A stretch of DNA of 64,000 nucleotides, from contig NMRA01000327.1 of the NCBI GenBank assembly GCA_002633005.1, forward strand, positions 438,407 to 502,406. The letters run 5' to 3'. The position numbers and the translations under genes were made by a program. Each line of letters begins with the position of its first letter. Positions within the stretch are counted from its first letter, which is position 1. Below, piece by piece: positions 23,801 to 35,800 of this stretch. A model generated the notes under the pieces. The model was given only the letters and a program-made list of their open reading frames with translations, ran no database searches and was not told where the DNA came from. This stretch comes from Phoronis australis. Taxonomy: Eukaryota > Animalia > Phoronida.

Positions 23801-26800
23801 AGGCACCTATTAGTGAGATGACGCTATCCTACTGTTTTCAGATGGATTCGACGTAGTTTGCGCCACCTAGTGGCCATTTTTACTGTTTTCGAGTCTGTAT
23901 TTTTGCGTCCACCCCTCTATCAACCAAACCGCTCAAAGGATGATTGTGAAAATTGGCGTGTATGTGCTTACTATAAGGAAGACAGCTGACAATGATTTTC
24001 AGACGATTTGGACTACTGTGGCGCCTCCTAGTGGCAGTTTTGTTTTTTTGCGCCCATGGCTGTATCTCCCAAACCGTTTGCAGGATCTTTACTAAATTTA
24101 GCAAGTGTATTTATGTGATGTTGACAACGGACGATGACGACTTTAGGATGATTCTGATTACCGGTATGCCTCTAGTGGCAATTTTAGTATTTGCCTCTAG
24201 TGGCAATTTTAGTATTTTACATTGACCTCTGTATTTTCATAGGTCTTCAGGTGTATACTTTGTGTTACTTCGTGACTGTGAAGGAAAAGTTCCAAGTAGA
24301 AATTTGTTTCTGGCATTCTAATGCTGTGCTAATCTCGTATGTTGGTAAATTTGTTTTTAATTCTATGTTTCTGTGGTGCTTTAAGCAACTGGTGTATAGG
24401 ATGTGCTTGTATTATGAAGATTACTCACATTTTGCCCCTAGCCTATTGAGGAGACAATGACCATGCCTTTCCATTTTGCTAAGTACAACATACTACATAT
24501 ATGCCCTCTACTGGCCACTTTATGGTACCAATAAACAACCCTAGAAGGATACCGTATGCGGTGCAATTGTGGGCGCATTTCAACGCTCTGCGTTGCTGTT
24601 GTTTGCAGTGAATTGGTCTGCTATTTACCGCGCCAGTGCTCTAAGGAAGTTCGGTGTCATGACAAACATGTGCCCTGATGTTGGACTGCTGCGTCTCTTT
24701 CCTGGCATCTCCACAGCTATGGTACACAGTTTGTAAAATTTCTGGAAATTTTCGTTTTTTGGGGTTCGCATATAGTATATTTCAGTTAATATTCTGTTTA
24801 AGCACTCCATCTTTTACGTATGTTCACAGTATTTGCATGTTTTATATTATTATTATTATTACTATATTATTATTATTATTATTATGATTGTTATTATTAT
24901 TATATTTGTTTTTTAAATTCTTTGTCATTCCTGTAATTTTAATTTCTTAATTTTTAGTTTATTTGGAAAATGTTACTGATAACTTTTAGTTTAGTGGTAA
25001 ATTATGTAAACTTTTGAATTTGGTATAAAACAACTACATGTAAATGGGAGAGAATGTATGAAATGAACTGTCTCTTCAAATAAACATGTGTTTATTTTTG
25101 TGTTTGTATTATCCAGACTCAGTCACTCAGCTGTATACATGCAGTATAGTATATAGTGATCCATGTTCAACTCTCCATGTCCAATGTTCAACACTTGCCT
25201 GCTTGCACATCCACTTCTGTCTTTGTCAGTAGAATTCTCATATTTATCTACCAGGGGGCATTGACGCATCTTAGTTCACATCACTAGTACTTGAATATGT
25301 AACAGCCAAATTTGACCTTTTCCTAGGGTTACACATGACCTTACGTTGACTTTCTATTTGTTTGTGGGATGTTGTATATATTTAGTTAATGGTAGTAATT
25401 TCTTTGTTCAGGTAAAGGCTTTTCTTCAGCCTCCACTGAAAGGTGCGGTTATTCAGACGTATGGCTCAGGTAATGGTCCAGATGGGCGCAAGGATCTCCT
25501 TGATGCCTTCAAAGAGGCTTCTGATCGCTCAGTACTTCTCCTCAACATTACGCAGTGTCCTGAAGGAGGAGTTAGCCTGACCTATGGCACTGGAAAGGTA
25601 CAAGGGATCATCAAAGAAAGGCTTCAGGCCTTTTGGTTAATTGACTCTCAGACACTCATGTCCATGGGTCTTTTTGGAAAACCCTTGGCACATTAGTTTT
25701 CTCTGTCATGGTGGTATTCAATTTTTTTAGGTAGCATACACCAGTATATTACATGACTAAAGGTTGGTCTAAGCCCTAGCCTTTTTCAGATTCAACAAAC
25801 GCGTAAACTCACACTTGAGATTAAAATGTATGTTAACAAAATGCTAGATCTCCGTACCACTGACATTTGTTTTGGTGTCAGATGGTAGTGTTGATTGCCC
25901 TTGTTCTGTATTGACATTGTCTGTGTTAGAATGTGAATCTTATTCTGGCTGCAAGACAAACCGGTCAAAATTAAACAATAATTGCAGCGCATCAATGGAA
26001 ACTTTTAGGCACCAGTGATGGATGACGTGCTCCAAAAATTATTCCTGAACTATGTAAAATCCAGCTGATTTTAAGATGAATTCTAAACTAACCAATGGAA
26101 TGCTGTCATCCTTTTGCCATCAAGTACCTGGTGTATATAGACTGGCCAATAGTGAAACATATCAAATCAAAACAGAAAAATCAAGAACCCCAACTGGGAA
26201 TGGAACCACAGGTCTCTAGATTGCCTGTCTAGTGCTCGTATCACTGAGCTTCCGAGGACCTGATATCTGTGCAATTACTGTTTGCAGCCAACATAACAGT
26301 TGGATGATGTCCTTAATGTCGGGAAAGGACACTGCTTTAGCTTTAGTTATATGAAGGAATCACTCGTGTCTAAGATCAATAATTGTCGTGCTGACTGTGA
26401 TCTCAGTCTGCAAACTTGGCTAATATCTTTCGTAAAAGGTTCATGAGGAATATACCATCAGATCTCGCTGAAGTCAAATCTCCCCATCAACAAATCATTA
26501 GGGTCCTATTTGATCTCTACAGAAACCAGAGTGCAATCGCGAGCTGCGTATTACGATGCTTACTATCCGCATGATAAAGTCTATGCAAATGATAAATGTA
26601 TTTGAAGTCGAATTTTCACCTGTACTTTCATGATGGAGAGAATTGCGGTGCCTTGATAGAGGGTTGCCTTAACGGAGTAGTTTATATTTTACGGTCATTT
26701 AAAAAAAATGTGACATCAGAATCCAGATGACATTGAATGGCTAAAAGATGTATGAGGTTAATGGCGTGCTCGTGTTGAATGTTTCACTATTAGTAGAGTA

Positions 26801-29800
26801 AAGGCCTGCGAAGAGAAATAAAATGGGATCGAATCATGACAAGATTTCCATTACTGTACAAAAAATTTAGAAGGTGTTAAAACGGTGTTACGCAGTGTTG
26901 TGAATATGACAGATTGTTAACTCCGAAATACTGACCGTTGATGAGTTTATAAATTCATAGTGATAATGTTTGTTGTCATGTGACAGGTTTAGTGGGTCAT
27001 TACAGGCGTTGTTTGATGCGGGAATGATTTCTGGTTTTGACATGACGGCTGAGGCAGCCCTTGCTAAACTAGCGTATGTCCTGGGCAAGGAGGAGTGGGC
27101 CAGTGATAAAAAGAGAGCAGTACGTATATTTTATGACAGCACTATATCTATTCAAAGAGATTGGCAAAACATTGTTAAAGTTTTTTTTTAAGTTCCTGCT
27201 AGTTTTCTGCAGATTTTCCGTCTATTTTGAATTAGGATATTCAACTGTTTGTGAATCTTTGATTAAAATGATGTAATGTTATAAAGTTTGACATGTGGTA
27301 TTGAGAAATTAAAGTTTTGGAGAAGTGTTGGGACAAAACCAAACCATTGGTTCAACCCTGCCCCCACTTTTTGAAGCTGTGCATCACAACTTAAAAACAA
27401 GAAACAAGTAGTGCCTGCCCCATTCATTTCTTGCCATGACGTGTTTATCTTTTTGTTCAAAAGCATCTCAAATACATCCAAGTTTACCTAGCGTTTAATG
27501 TAGTGGCTTGTCAACTCAGCTATTATTGATTTTGAATAGCCGTGGAATATCACAATTGTGTCACAATGTATTTGATATGTGATTATCAATTGCGGCCATA
27601 TATATCAACTGATTTCCATGTGGTATTGCCAGCTATTGTTGCAACAAAACTGACTTGAATAAGGGAGACAGTGTGGCTATTTTAATAATATTACTTAGAA
27701 ATGTTTATTGTGCTCGTTAGTCATCGTTCAACAGGATCAGTGTACTCAGTGAGTGTCGTTGTTAGCGAAAATCACATGGGGTTCAGCTACAAAGAAAACA
27801 TGAATAGTATCAGTCATCCTGGATATAATGGGCAAGTGCACAGTGGCCGTAGCGTTAACGTACATAATTCGTTTATTAGCCATGAAGACCAAGAGCTGGG
27901 GATCATTTTATCGGAAGTTGTACATTCGTTATCGTATCTTTTTCCTGTCCCCTGGAATGCGGATTCTTTGTGTTTGAGAAAGTGTTCAATCCTGACGTAT
28001 TATGTTTCCCATCCACATGGGCATACCTGACATTTACATTTTTAAGAAAGTTGGTTGGTTTTTGATTATGCTTATAGTGGGTATTTTTGGATGGGTAGGA
28101 CAACTTTGGTGCCCCCTGTTGGTGGTTTTGTCATTTTTTGTGTCCATAGCTGTATCTCCTTAATCCTTTGCAGTATCTTTGTGAAATTTTAGAAGTGGTT
28201 TCTTGTAAATTTATCAGCACCTGCCTACGACTGATTACTGCTTTGCCTCCTTTACGCCTTATCTTCAGAGTACCTTTCATTGATGTTTTTCATGAAATTT
28301 GGCAAAGTAGTTTCTATAATATGACAGCACCTCTCCACAGTGGTATGGATTCACCGTATTCTGCACTACCTAGTAGCCATTGTTGTTTTTTTCAAGTTTT
28401 TTGTGGTCTCCCTCTGTATCCGCCAAACTGCTCAGATTTAGCATTATGAAAATTGGCAGATATGTTTCAACTGATAAGAGTATGACTATCGTGGAGTTTC
28501 AGATTTGGTCAAATACTGTGGTGCCTCCTGGTTGTATTTGTAATATGTGGCTGTATCTGATAAGCCCCTACGGCTTGCAGATGTTTTGGAAACTTGGCAA
28601 GTGTATTCTTATTGACTTGACCACATGGATCGGAGTACCGTTGTACCTGTTAATGGCAATTTTTTACATTTTCCTTTGTAGCTTTGAAATTTCTTGAAGA
28701 ATTTTCATGAAGTTTGGCATCCAGTTCTCTTTTAGGGAGACAACACCTTTTCATTTCCGGTGGATTCGACCTATACCACGCCATTTAATGGTCATTTTTA
28801 TGCGCCCACATATTTATATGTGGACGCATTATGCCGTCATCTCCGTCCGTCCGTACGGGCGGCGTCCGTCCGGCGTCTGGCGTCCGGCGTCCGCTGCTCT
28901 ATCTCCAAAACCCTTTGACACATGTTCATGAAATTTGGCACATATGTTCCATTCATGAATGGGACGGCATGTGCGAGCTTTCGGACGGATCCGACTACCG
29001 GTGTGCCCCCTAGTGGCAATTTTAGTTTTTTACGCTTACCTTTGTATCTTAAAAAGTCCTGAACAGATTTTCATGAAATTTGGTATGTAGGCACTTATTA
29101 GTGAGATGACGCTATCCTCCCGTTTTCAGATGGATTCGGCATAGTTTGCGCCACCTAGTGGCCATTTTTACTGTTTTCGAGTCTGTATTTTTGCGTCCAC
29201 CCCTCTATCAACCAAACCGCTCAAAGGATGGTTGTGAAAATTGGCATGTATGTGCTTACTATAAAGAAGACAGCTGACAATGATTTTCAGACGATTTGGA
29301 TTACTGTGGCGCCTCCTAGTGGCAGTTGTGTTTTTTTTGCGCCTATGGCTGTATCTCCTAAACCGTTCGCAGGATCTTTACGAAATTTAATAAGTGTAAT
29401 TATATGATGTTAACAACAGACGATGACGACTTTTGGACGGATCCGCATACCAGTGTGCCCCCTAGTGGCAATTTTATTTTTTTACGTTTACCTCTGTATC
29501 GTCACAAGTCCTAAACGGATTTTCATGAAATTTGGTATGTAGGCACCTATTAGTGCGATGACGCTATTCTCCCGTTTTCGGATGGATTCGACCTAGTTTG
29601 TGACACCCAGTGGCCATTTTTACTGTTTTTTAGTCTGTTTTTTGGCGTCCACCCCTCTATCAACCAAACCGCTCNNNNNNNNNNNNNNNNNNNNNNNNNN
29701 NNNNNNNNNNNNNNNNNNNNNNNNNNNNNNNNNNNNNNNNNNNNNNNNNNNNNNNNNNNNNNNNNNNNNNNNNNNNNNNNNNNNNNNNNNNNNNNNNNNN

Positions 29801-32800
29801 NNNNNNNNNNNNNNNNNNNNNNNNNNNNNNNNNNNNNNNNNNNNNNNNNNNNNNNNNNNNNNNNNNNNNNNNNNNNNNNNNNNNNNNNNNNNNNNNNNNN
29901 NNNNNNNNNNNNNNNNNNNNNNNNNNNNNNNNNNNNNNNNNNNNNNNNNNNNNNNNNNNNNNNNNNNNNNNNNNNNNNNNNNNNNNNNNNNNNNNNNNNN
30001 NNNNNNNNNNNNNNNNNNNNNNNNNNNNNNNNNNNNNNNNNNNNNNNNNNNNNNNNNNNNNNNNNNNNNNNNNNNNNNNNNNNNNNNNNNNNNNNNNNNN
30101 NNNNNNNNNNNNNNNNNNNNNNNNNNNNNNNNNNNNNNNNNNNNNNNNNNNNNNNNNNNNNNNNNNNNNNNNNNNNNNNNNNNNNNNNNNNNNNNNNNNN
30201 NNNNNNNNNNNNNNNNNNNNNNNNNNNNNNNNNNNNNNNNNNNNNNNNNNNNNNNNNNNNNNNNNNNNNNNNNNNNNNNNNNNNNNNNNNNNNNNNNNNN
30301 NNNNNNNNNNNNNNNNNNNNNNNNNNNNNNNNNNNNNNNNNNNNNNNNNNNNNNNNNNNNNNNNNNNNNNNTCAATTATCCTCGCTCGTGACTCGATGAA
30401 TAGAGCAGCTTGGCGGCATCCCTTTGAGCATGAGCCGAGCGCGTCTCAGCCAAGGTGGATAAATACGGTCTAGTTCAATTTTCCATACCCCGCCGTTTAC
30501 CTTAAACACCGGGGTTAGAACCAATTTTATTTAGTGGGAATGTTCATAGCATGATAATTGCTCTAATCTCCAATAAAATCATATCTATCCTGACTGGGCT
30601 GCGCTGTTTAAAATAAAAGTTAAGTTATAACATATTTGAAGATAAACCAATAGCATTTCTGAATTCCTCTTCAAATGCTGATCATGTTTAGTTTTTGAAT
30701 CTCCAAAATCGCCCGACTACAACCGAAGTTACGATAATCTATTCTTTCCGAATGCACCATTTCGCCCTGGGTTTGATTGTGTTCACGTGTGGTCTGTTAT
30801 AAGCTTGATAGAAAATTGGCCTGCCTGTTGTCATACCAGACAAAAGACTGTGCTTGGCAGTTAACGAAGGAGCTAGATGTTATCACACGCTCACAACCCT
30901 CTACGTCTGGTTAAGTCACTGAATGGGAAATGCCGTCATGTAAGTAATTCATTGTTTGCTGCCATATGTATAATCAAAAATATTGTTTTCACAGGTTAAT
31001 GTTGTTTCTGTGTTGTCTGGTTACTAAATCCTGATTTTTCCGTGTGTTACAGGAAGTGAGTCTATTGAAGAAAGCTCTGCTGCCGACCATGATCAACGCT
31101 GCCTCGCACCAGGATGACACCAGGAGTTTAGAGAATATCATAAAAAATGTGAGTTAGCAGCGTGACTTCCTTACACTTAAAACAGAACTAAACAGGGCTG
31201 CCAACTGTAACAGATTTATCCATATTTTACATTGATTTTAGGGTATAACAATCACTATGTTCGGATTTTGAGCTTTAATATCTCGTCAAATAAATCAGAT
31301 GAAAGTCAAAAATAACTTGTTCGAGGAGGATAACAGTTAGGAAACTACCTAGGAGTGTGGTCCCCCATGCGAAACTGATGTCATGACGCGGGTGCTTAAA
31401 ATGGTGGGTAGATGGAAAGAAAAAACAAAAAATATCCCAAGCACTGCAGTGAAGCAATTAATATGTAATCACATCGGGCTGTACCTGGCCAACTTTGGCT
31501 AATGGTGTTTGCATAGATGACAGGATCATGCAGACAATCAGAGGATGATTTATGTTATAGGCAGTCTTAAGCATTAGAGCATTCTCCCATTCAATGGTTC
31601 AATGACTTTACCAGACATAGGGTGGTTGTGAACATGTGATAACATCTTGCTCCTTTAATAACTGCTGAACACAGTCTTTGCTTGGTATGACAACATGCAG
31701 GCCAACTGTCTACTTTAAAGCTTCAAAGCCGAATTACTGAAACCAAGCAGAACTACTTTCAACACTAGATAACAGAACAATAACAATGGTAGCTGAGGTC
31801 ATGTTTTTTAGGTTTGTCAATAACCATTTTATCGACATTGGAACCTGTTCCATGAAAGATATAGTTTCAGTTGGATGTGAGCTTCAGCAAGCATTATGAA
31901 CTTCGAGAAGTTGAGGTGCTCTCAAGCTGGTTTGTTCAGTAAAAGAAAAGCTGCTTCAACTGCTCGTTTGGAAAGAAGTTATGTTGTGCGGCTTTTGAGG
32001 GTCGTTAGGTCTGGATTTACCCCAAAATGTGTGCATTACTAAGGAACGAATCCCAGTGGCCTGTTTCATTAAAAAATTCGCTCGTTCAGTCGTAGCTTGT
32101 CCTATGAGTACAGCGTTTGAAGTCACTCATTTTCTTTTTGGATCGGTGTTTTTGTCGTTTTGAATGTCCAAGTTGAAAATTTTTTAATAGATGCTGAAAC
32201 ACTCAGTATCATAATTCCACGGACTTCAACTACATTTTCATACTCCATGAGACGTTCACTTCCGACCTTGAGTTTAAGATTCATGCCACACAAAATGGAT
32301 GGCACTGGCAAGTGACCAAGTTTGCCGTCTTTGATCAAATTTCAGGAATTCGGACGAAGAATTTTTATTTTTTCATTAAAAGTACTATTTTTGCAAAATT
32401 TTGAATTGAATTTGAAATTTCTACATCACCAAAAATTAGAATAAAAATTCTTTGCCCGGTTTTATGAGCTCTGGCAACCTCGGTCATAGTGCGAGCATTT
32501 TTGTGGGAACAAAATGAAAGTTATTTGTAGATTGTATCCACAACACATCTTCATGTTTTGGAGTAATCATGCTAACTGCGCCCGAAAATTGAAGCATTTA
32601 GGAACCACGTGACCTTAGCTTTGACCATGGTGGTAATGCACCTAACTTAATAAAACCAACACATCAGGCATGACATCTTTATTCAAGTCACATGTACTGC
32701 TAAAAACAACATATTGGATCAAACAAAAGAATGTATCTGTATCATGAATGTAAACATTATGAAAAGTACAAATTTAGTGGTTGCACTTTATGACCGACTG

Positions 32801-35800
32801 GGTATGAACACAGTCAAACCCAATGCATTGGTATGCATTCGGATAGAATAGATTGCCTTAACTTCGGTCGTTGTAGTTGGGCGATTTTGGTAATTCAAAA
32901 ACTAACAGGATCAGCATTTGACGAGGAATTCAGAATTTTCATTGGTTTGTCTTCAAACAGTTTATAACTTATTTTTTATTTTTATCAGCACAGCCAAGTC
33001 AGGCATTTACTGAACTGGCCCTCCAGCCATAAATACCTGATTGGAGTTAATCAGCCATGTAAGATACTAGCTATGGTGGTCAAAAGCCCAACTTGTTATT
33101 TTGCCATCCAATCGAACAAGTTGGGACTCAATAGGAGAACGCTATAATGCCATTGACTAACTACACTGAATGCGCGTGGTGACTACACCATAGGGTAACA
33201 AGGGTCTAGAAGTAAATGTTCGTACCTATATAGCAGCAAGATAGCTCCCTAAAGTAGTGCAATGTGAATGCCTTAAAGCTGACCAGATAACAAAACAGTA
33301 AAAAATGTTTATTATGTACTATTTCAGCATTGTTGCTAGCAAAGCAAAGTTCAGGCTTCTTTAAATTTCCATCTGAAAGTGATCATCAAATATGTTGTTC
33401 ATCCAGTACAAGCTTTGGTTGTGAATTAATGGATTGGCATGCGTGTGTGTACACACGTGTATGGATTTTCATTCTTTTAAATTCAGTACACCTAACTTTA
33501 CTTGGCAGTCTTCCATCACTGCTAACAAACTAAACAAAATAAACACCATGTGTTTTGGCACGGACTAGCATGTTTACATTTTTCAAAAAAGTAAGTACAG
33601 AGTCTGACCTAGTAAAAATCTTTTGGTCAAAGAAAAATCTTCTCTTGTAAATCAGTGTCAGTGGTGCACAACTTCGCAGAACAAACGAGCAACAATCTAA
33701 TGGAAGAGATTTTCAAGTTAAATATCACTGTCTGACAACTCCAAATGTCCACTTCTCCAAATGTTCACAATTCCAAAACCAGATTCACAACTCTGGCACT
33801 TCACTACACTGAACAACTCTGAATATTTGCTAATGAGGCAGAACAGAAATGCATTAAATATTGTATTTGTATTCATTCAATAAAGGGTGTTTTTGAAACA
33901 TTGATTGCGTTGTGTGCAAATGAGCGCATTTAGAATCACTAAAAATTGTGATTCTTGAATCTAAAACAACTCATTCTCAATCGGACAACGTCAACCTGTC
34001 AAAATTTGTTGTTAGTTGTAAGTTTGAAAGCATGATTTTGTATTACATCATTTTTTTTATTGTTCCTTCAGGGTGGGTCGCTGGCTGAACAAGACTATAG
34101 TGGTCGTACCTGTTTACACGTAGCGACTACAGATGGCAACTCAGCCATGGTGGAGTTCTTATTGAAAAACGGTGCCCTCTTGCACGTGAGAGACAGGTGA
34201 GTATGAGACGTTTTTGGTAGAACCTCACAACCGTCAACTTAAAGGGGCTCTAAGCCCCCGTTCCATCCTGGGTTTGATCTTTTGATTTATGCAGCTTGCC
34301 GCTATAAAAGTGGTCTCAACTTGTCCCTTACTAAGATGAGAAGTGATTTCAGGGTCTATAAAGTTTGCTTTCCCTACTGACAATGCTCAAAGCATAAAGT
34401 TATAAGACATCTTGGAGATCCTGGTCTGTAGCAATACTTAGCTGTTAATTCTTTCAAAGACCGGAAATCCTCTCCAGTAGTCGTTTCCTGTTCCTTATGG
34501 ACGTAAATGGCACGAGTGCACATCCTATGCAATTGCAGGGGCATTGTTCAATTTCATTCTGTGTAGTCCAACAAGTACGACTGCTTGTATGGTGAAGTAT
34601 TTCAAAAATTCCCCCTGACTACTGTGTGGACGCAATGTGTTTGTACCAATCAGATCATCAGCTAAGCTAAAGCATAGGGCCTGGCACACGACAAGGCCAG
34701 GTCCTGACTTACAGTCACAGTATTTATGAGTATCTGATGTTTGAAGTTAAATAAAAATTCAAGACTTTTTCCATCGGCTATACAAATTTACACAAAACTT
34801 ATAAGATTTTTAGTCGCACAGTCGGACAAATTTTTACTTATTTCAAACATTCAAGTACAGTTTCTAGAAAAATAACGAGAGCACTCGGAGGAGAGACACT
34901 TGGTGGAATTAATCGAAAAGATGACGATGGGGAGGACGACGACAATCATGACGATCAAGGCGGCAATTATGAATAACACGATAACATTCATGTGACTAGC
35001 GAATAAATCAAATAGAGAGCATACAATCAACATCGATAATGCCTGGGTCTAGGAAGACAACAACACCTTCAGCCAGTGACAGGTCAGTGACTGGAAGCAT
35101 TTCGTCCTATATGCCTAGAAGTGAGACGAGCCCGAAGACTACAGATATATCTAATCGTCAACTATTAGAGATAATAAACGACAAGTTCGAAAAACTGTCC
35201 AACGATTTTGAGTCTCTCAGATGCGAGTATGCCACGTCAAGGGAAGAGAACTCTATCTTACATGATCAGGTCAAATCACTGGAAGAAAAGTTAGATGATT
35301 TAGAGAATCGATCCAGGCGTGACAACCTTATATTCCGTGGCATGGTTGAAAATGGAAATGAAACCTGGGAAGAATCGGAAAAGCAACTTGAAGAGTTTCT
35401 CAGCGAGCAGCTGAACATTGTAGATATAAACATTGAGAGAGCTCACAGACTGGGCCGTAGAACCCAGGGGAAAGTGCGGCCCATAATAGCAAAACTGAAT
35501 TCGAAAGATAAGCAAAAAATATTGAAGAAACGAAGAGAAGTGAGGGAGCCCAACATATTCATAACAGAAGACTTCTCAATCCGGGTTAAGAAGGCAAGGA
35601 GAAAGCTGTACGAATTCTCACAATCAAACAGCATGGAAAACGCTAAAATCAGCTTTAACAAGCTAATCTATAATCATGGCAGAGTATATGTATACGACAA
35701 AGAAAACGATATGGTAAAAATCAAACCCCGCACGACTAATGCTGACCCACGCCACCCATCAACCCGAACGGAAGCCACTGTTCAACATGATGATCAGGTT

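Noticed and set aside
23880-24460. Recurrent short ORFs ([17 protein letters not shown]..., ...[18 protein letters not shown]...)
   Set aside because: They recur only because they lie in HINE copies; no protein-family signal.
23510-24604. Regular repeats with spacers resembling a CRISPR array
   Set aside because: Eukaryotic context, ~150-bp units with homologous spacers and no cas genes; these are TE-internal tandem repeats.
26188-26252. Functional tRNA gene
   Set aside because: Only box-like motifs; no acceptor stem or cloverleaf, so treated as a SINE remnant.
29600-30391. Long ORFs in the track spanning N runs (also 42086-42438 and 54594-55493)
   Set aside because: Artefacts of translating assembly gaps.
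30372-30460. Post-gap sequence as the tail of the missing ASPG exon
   Set aside because: No frame resembles the expected linker; the segment runs into a TE-like ...ttaccttaa end.
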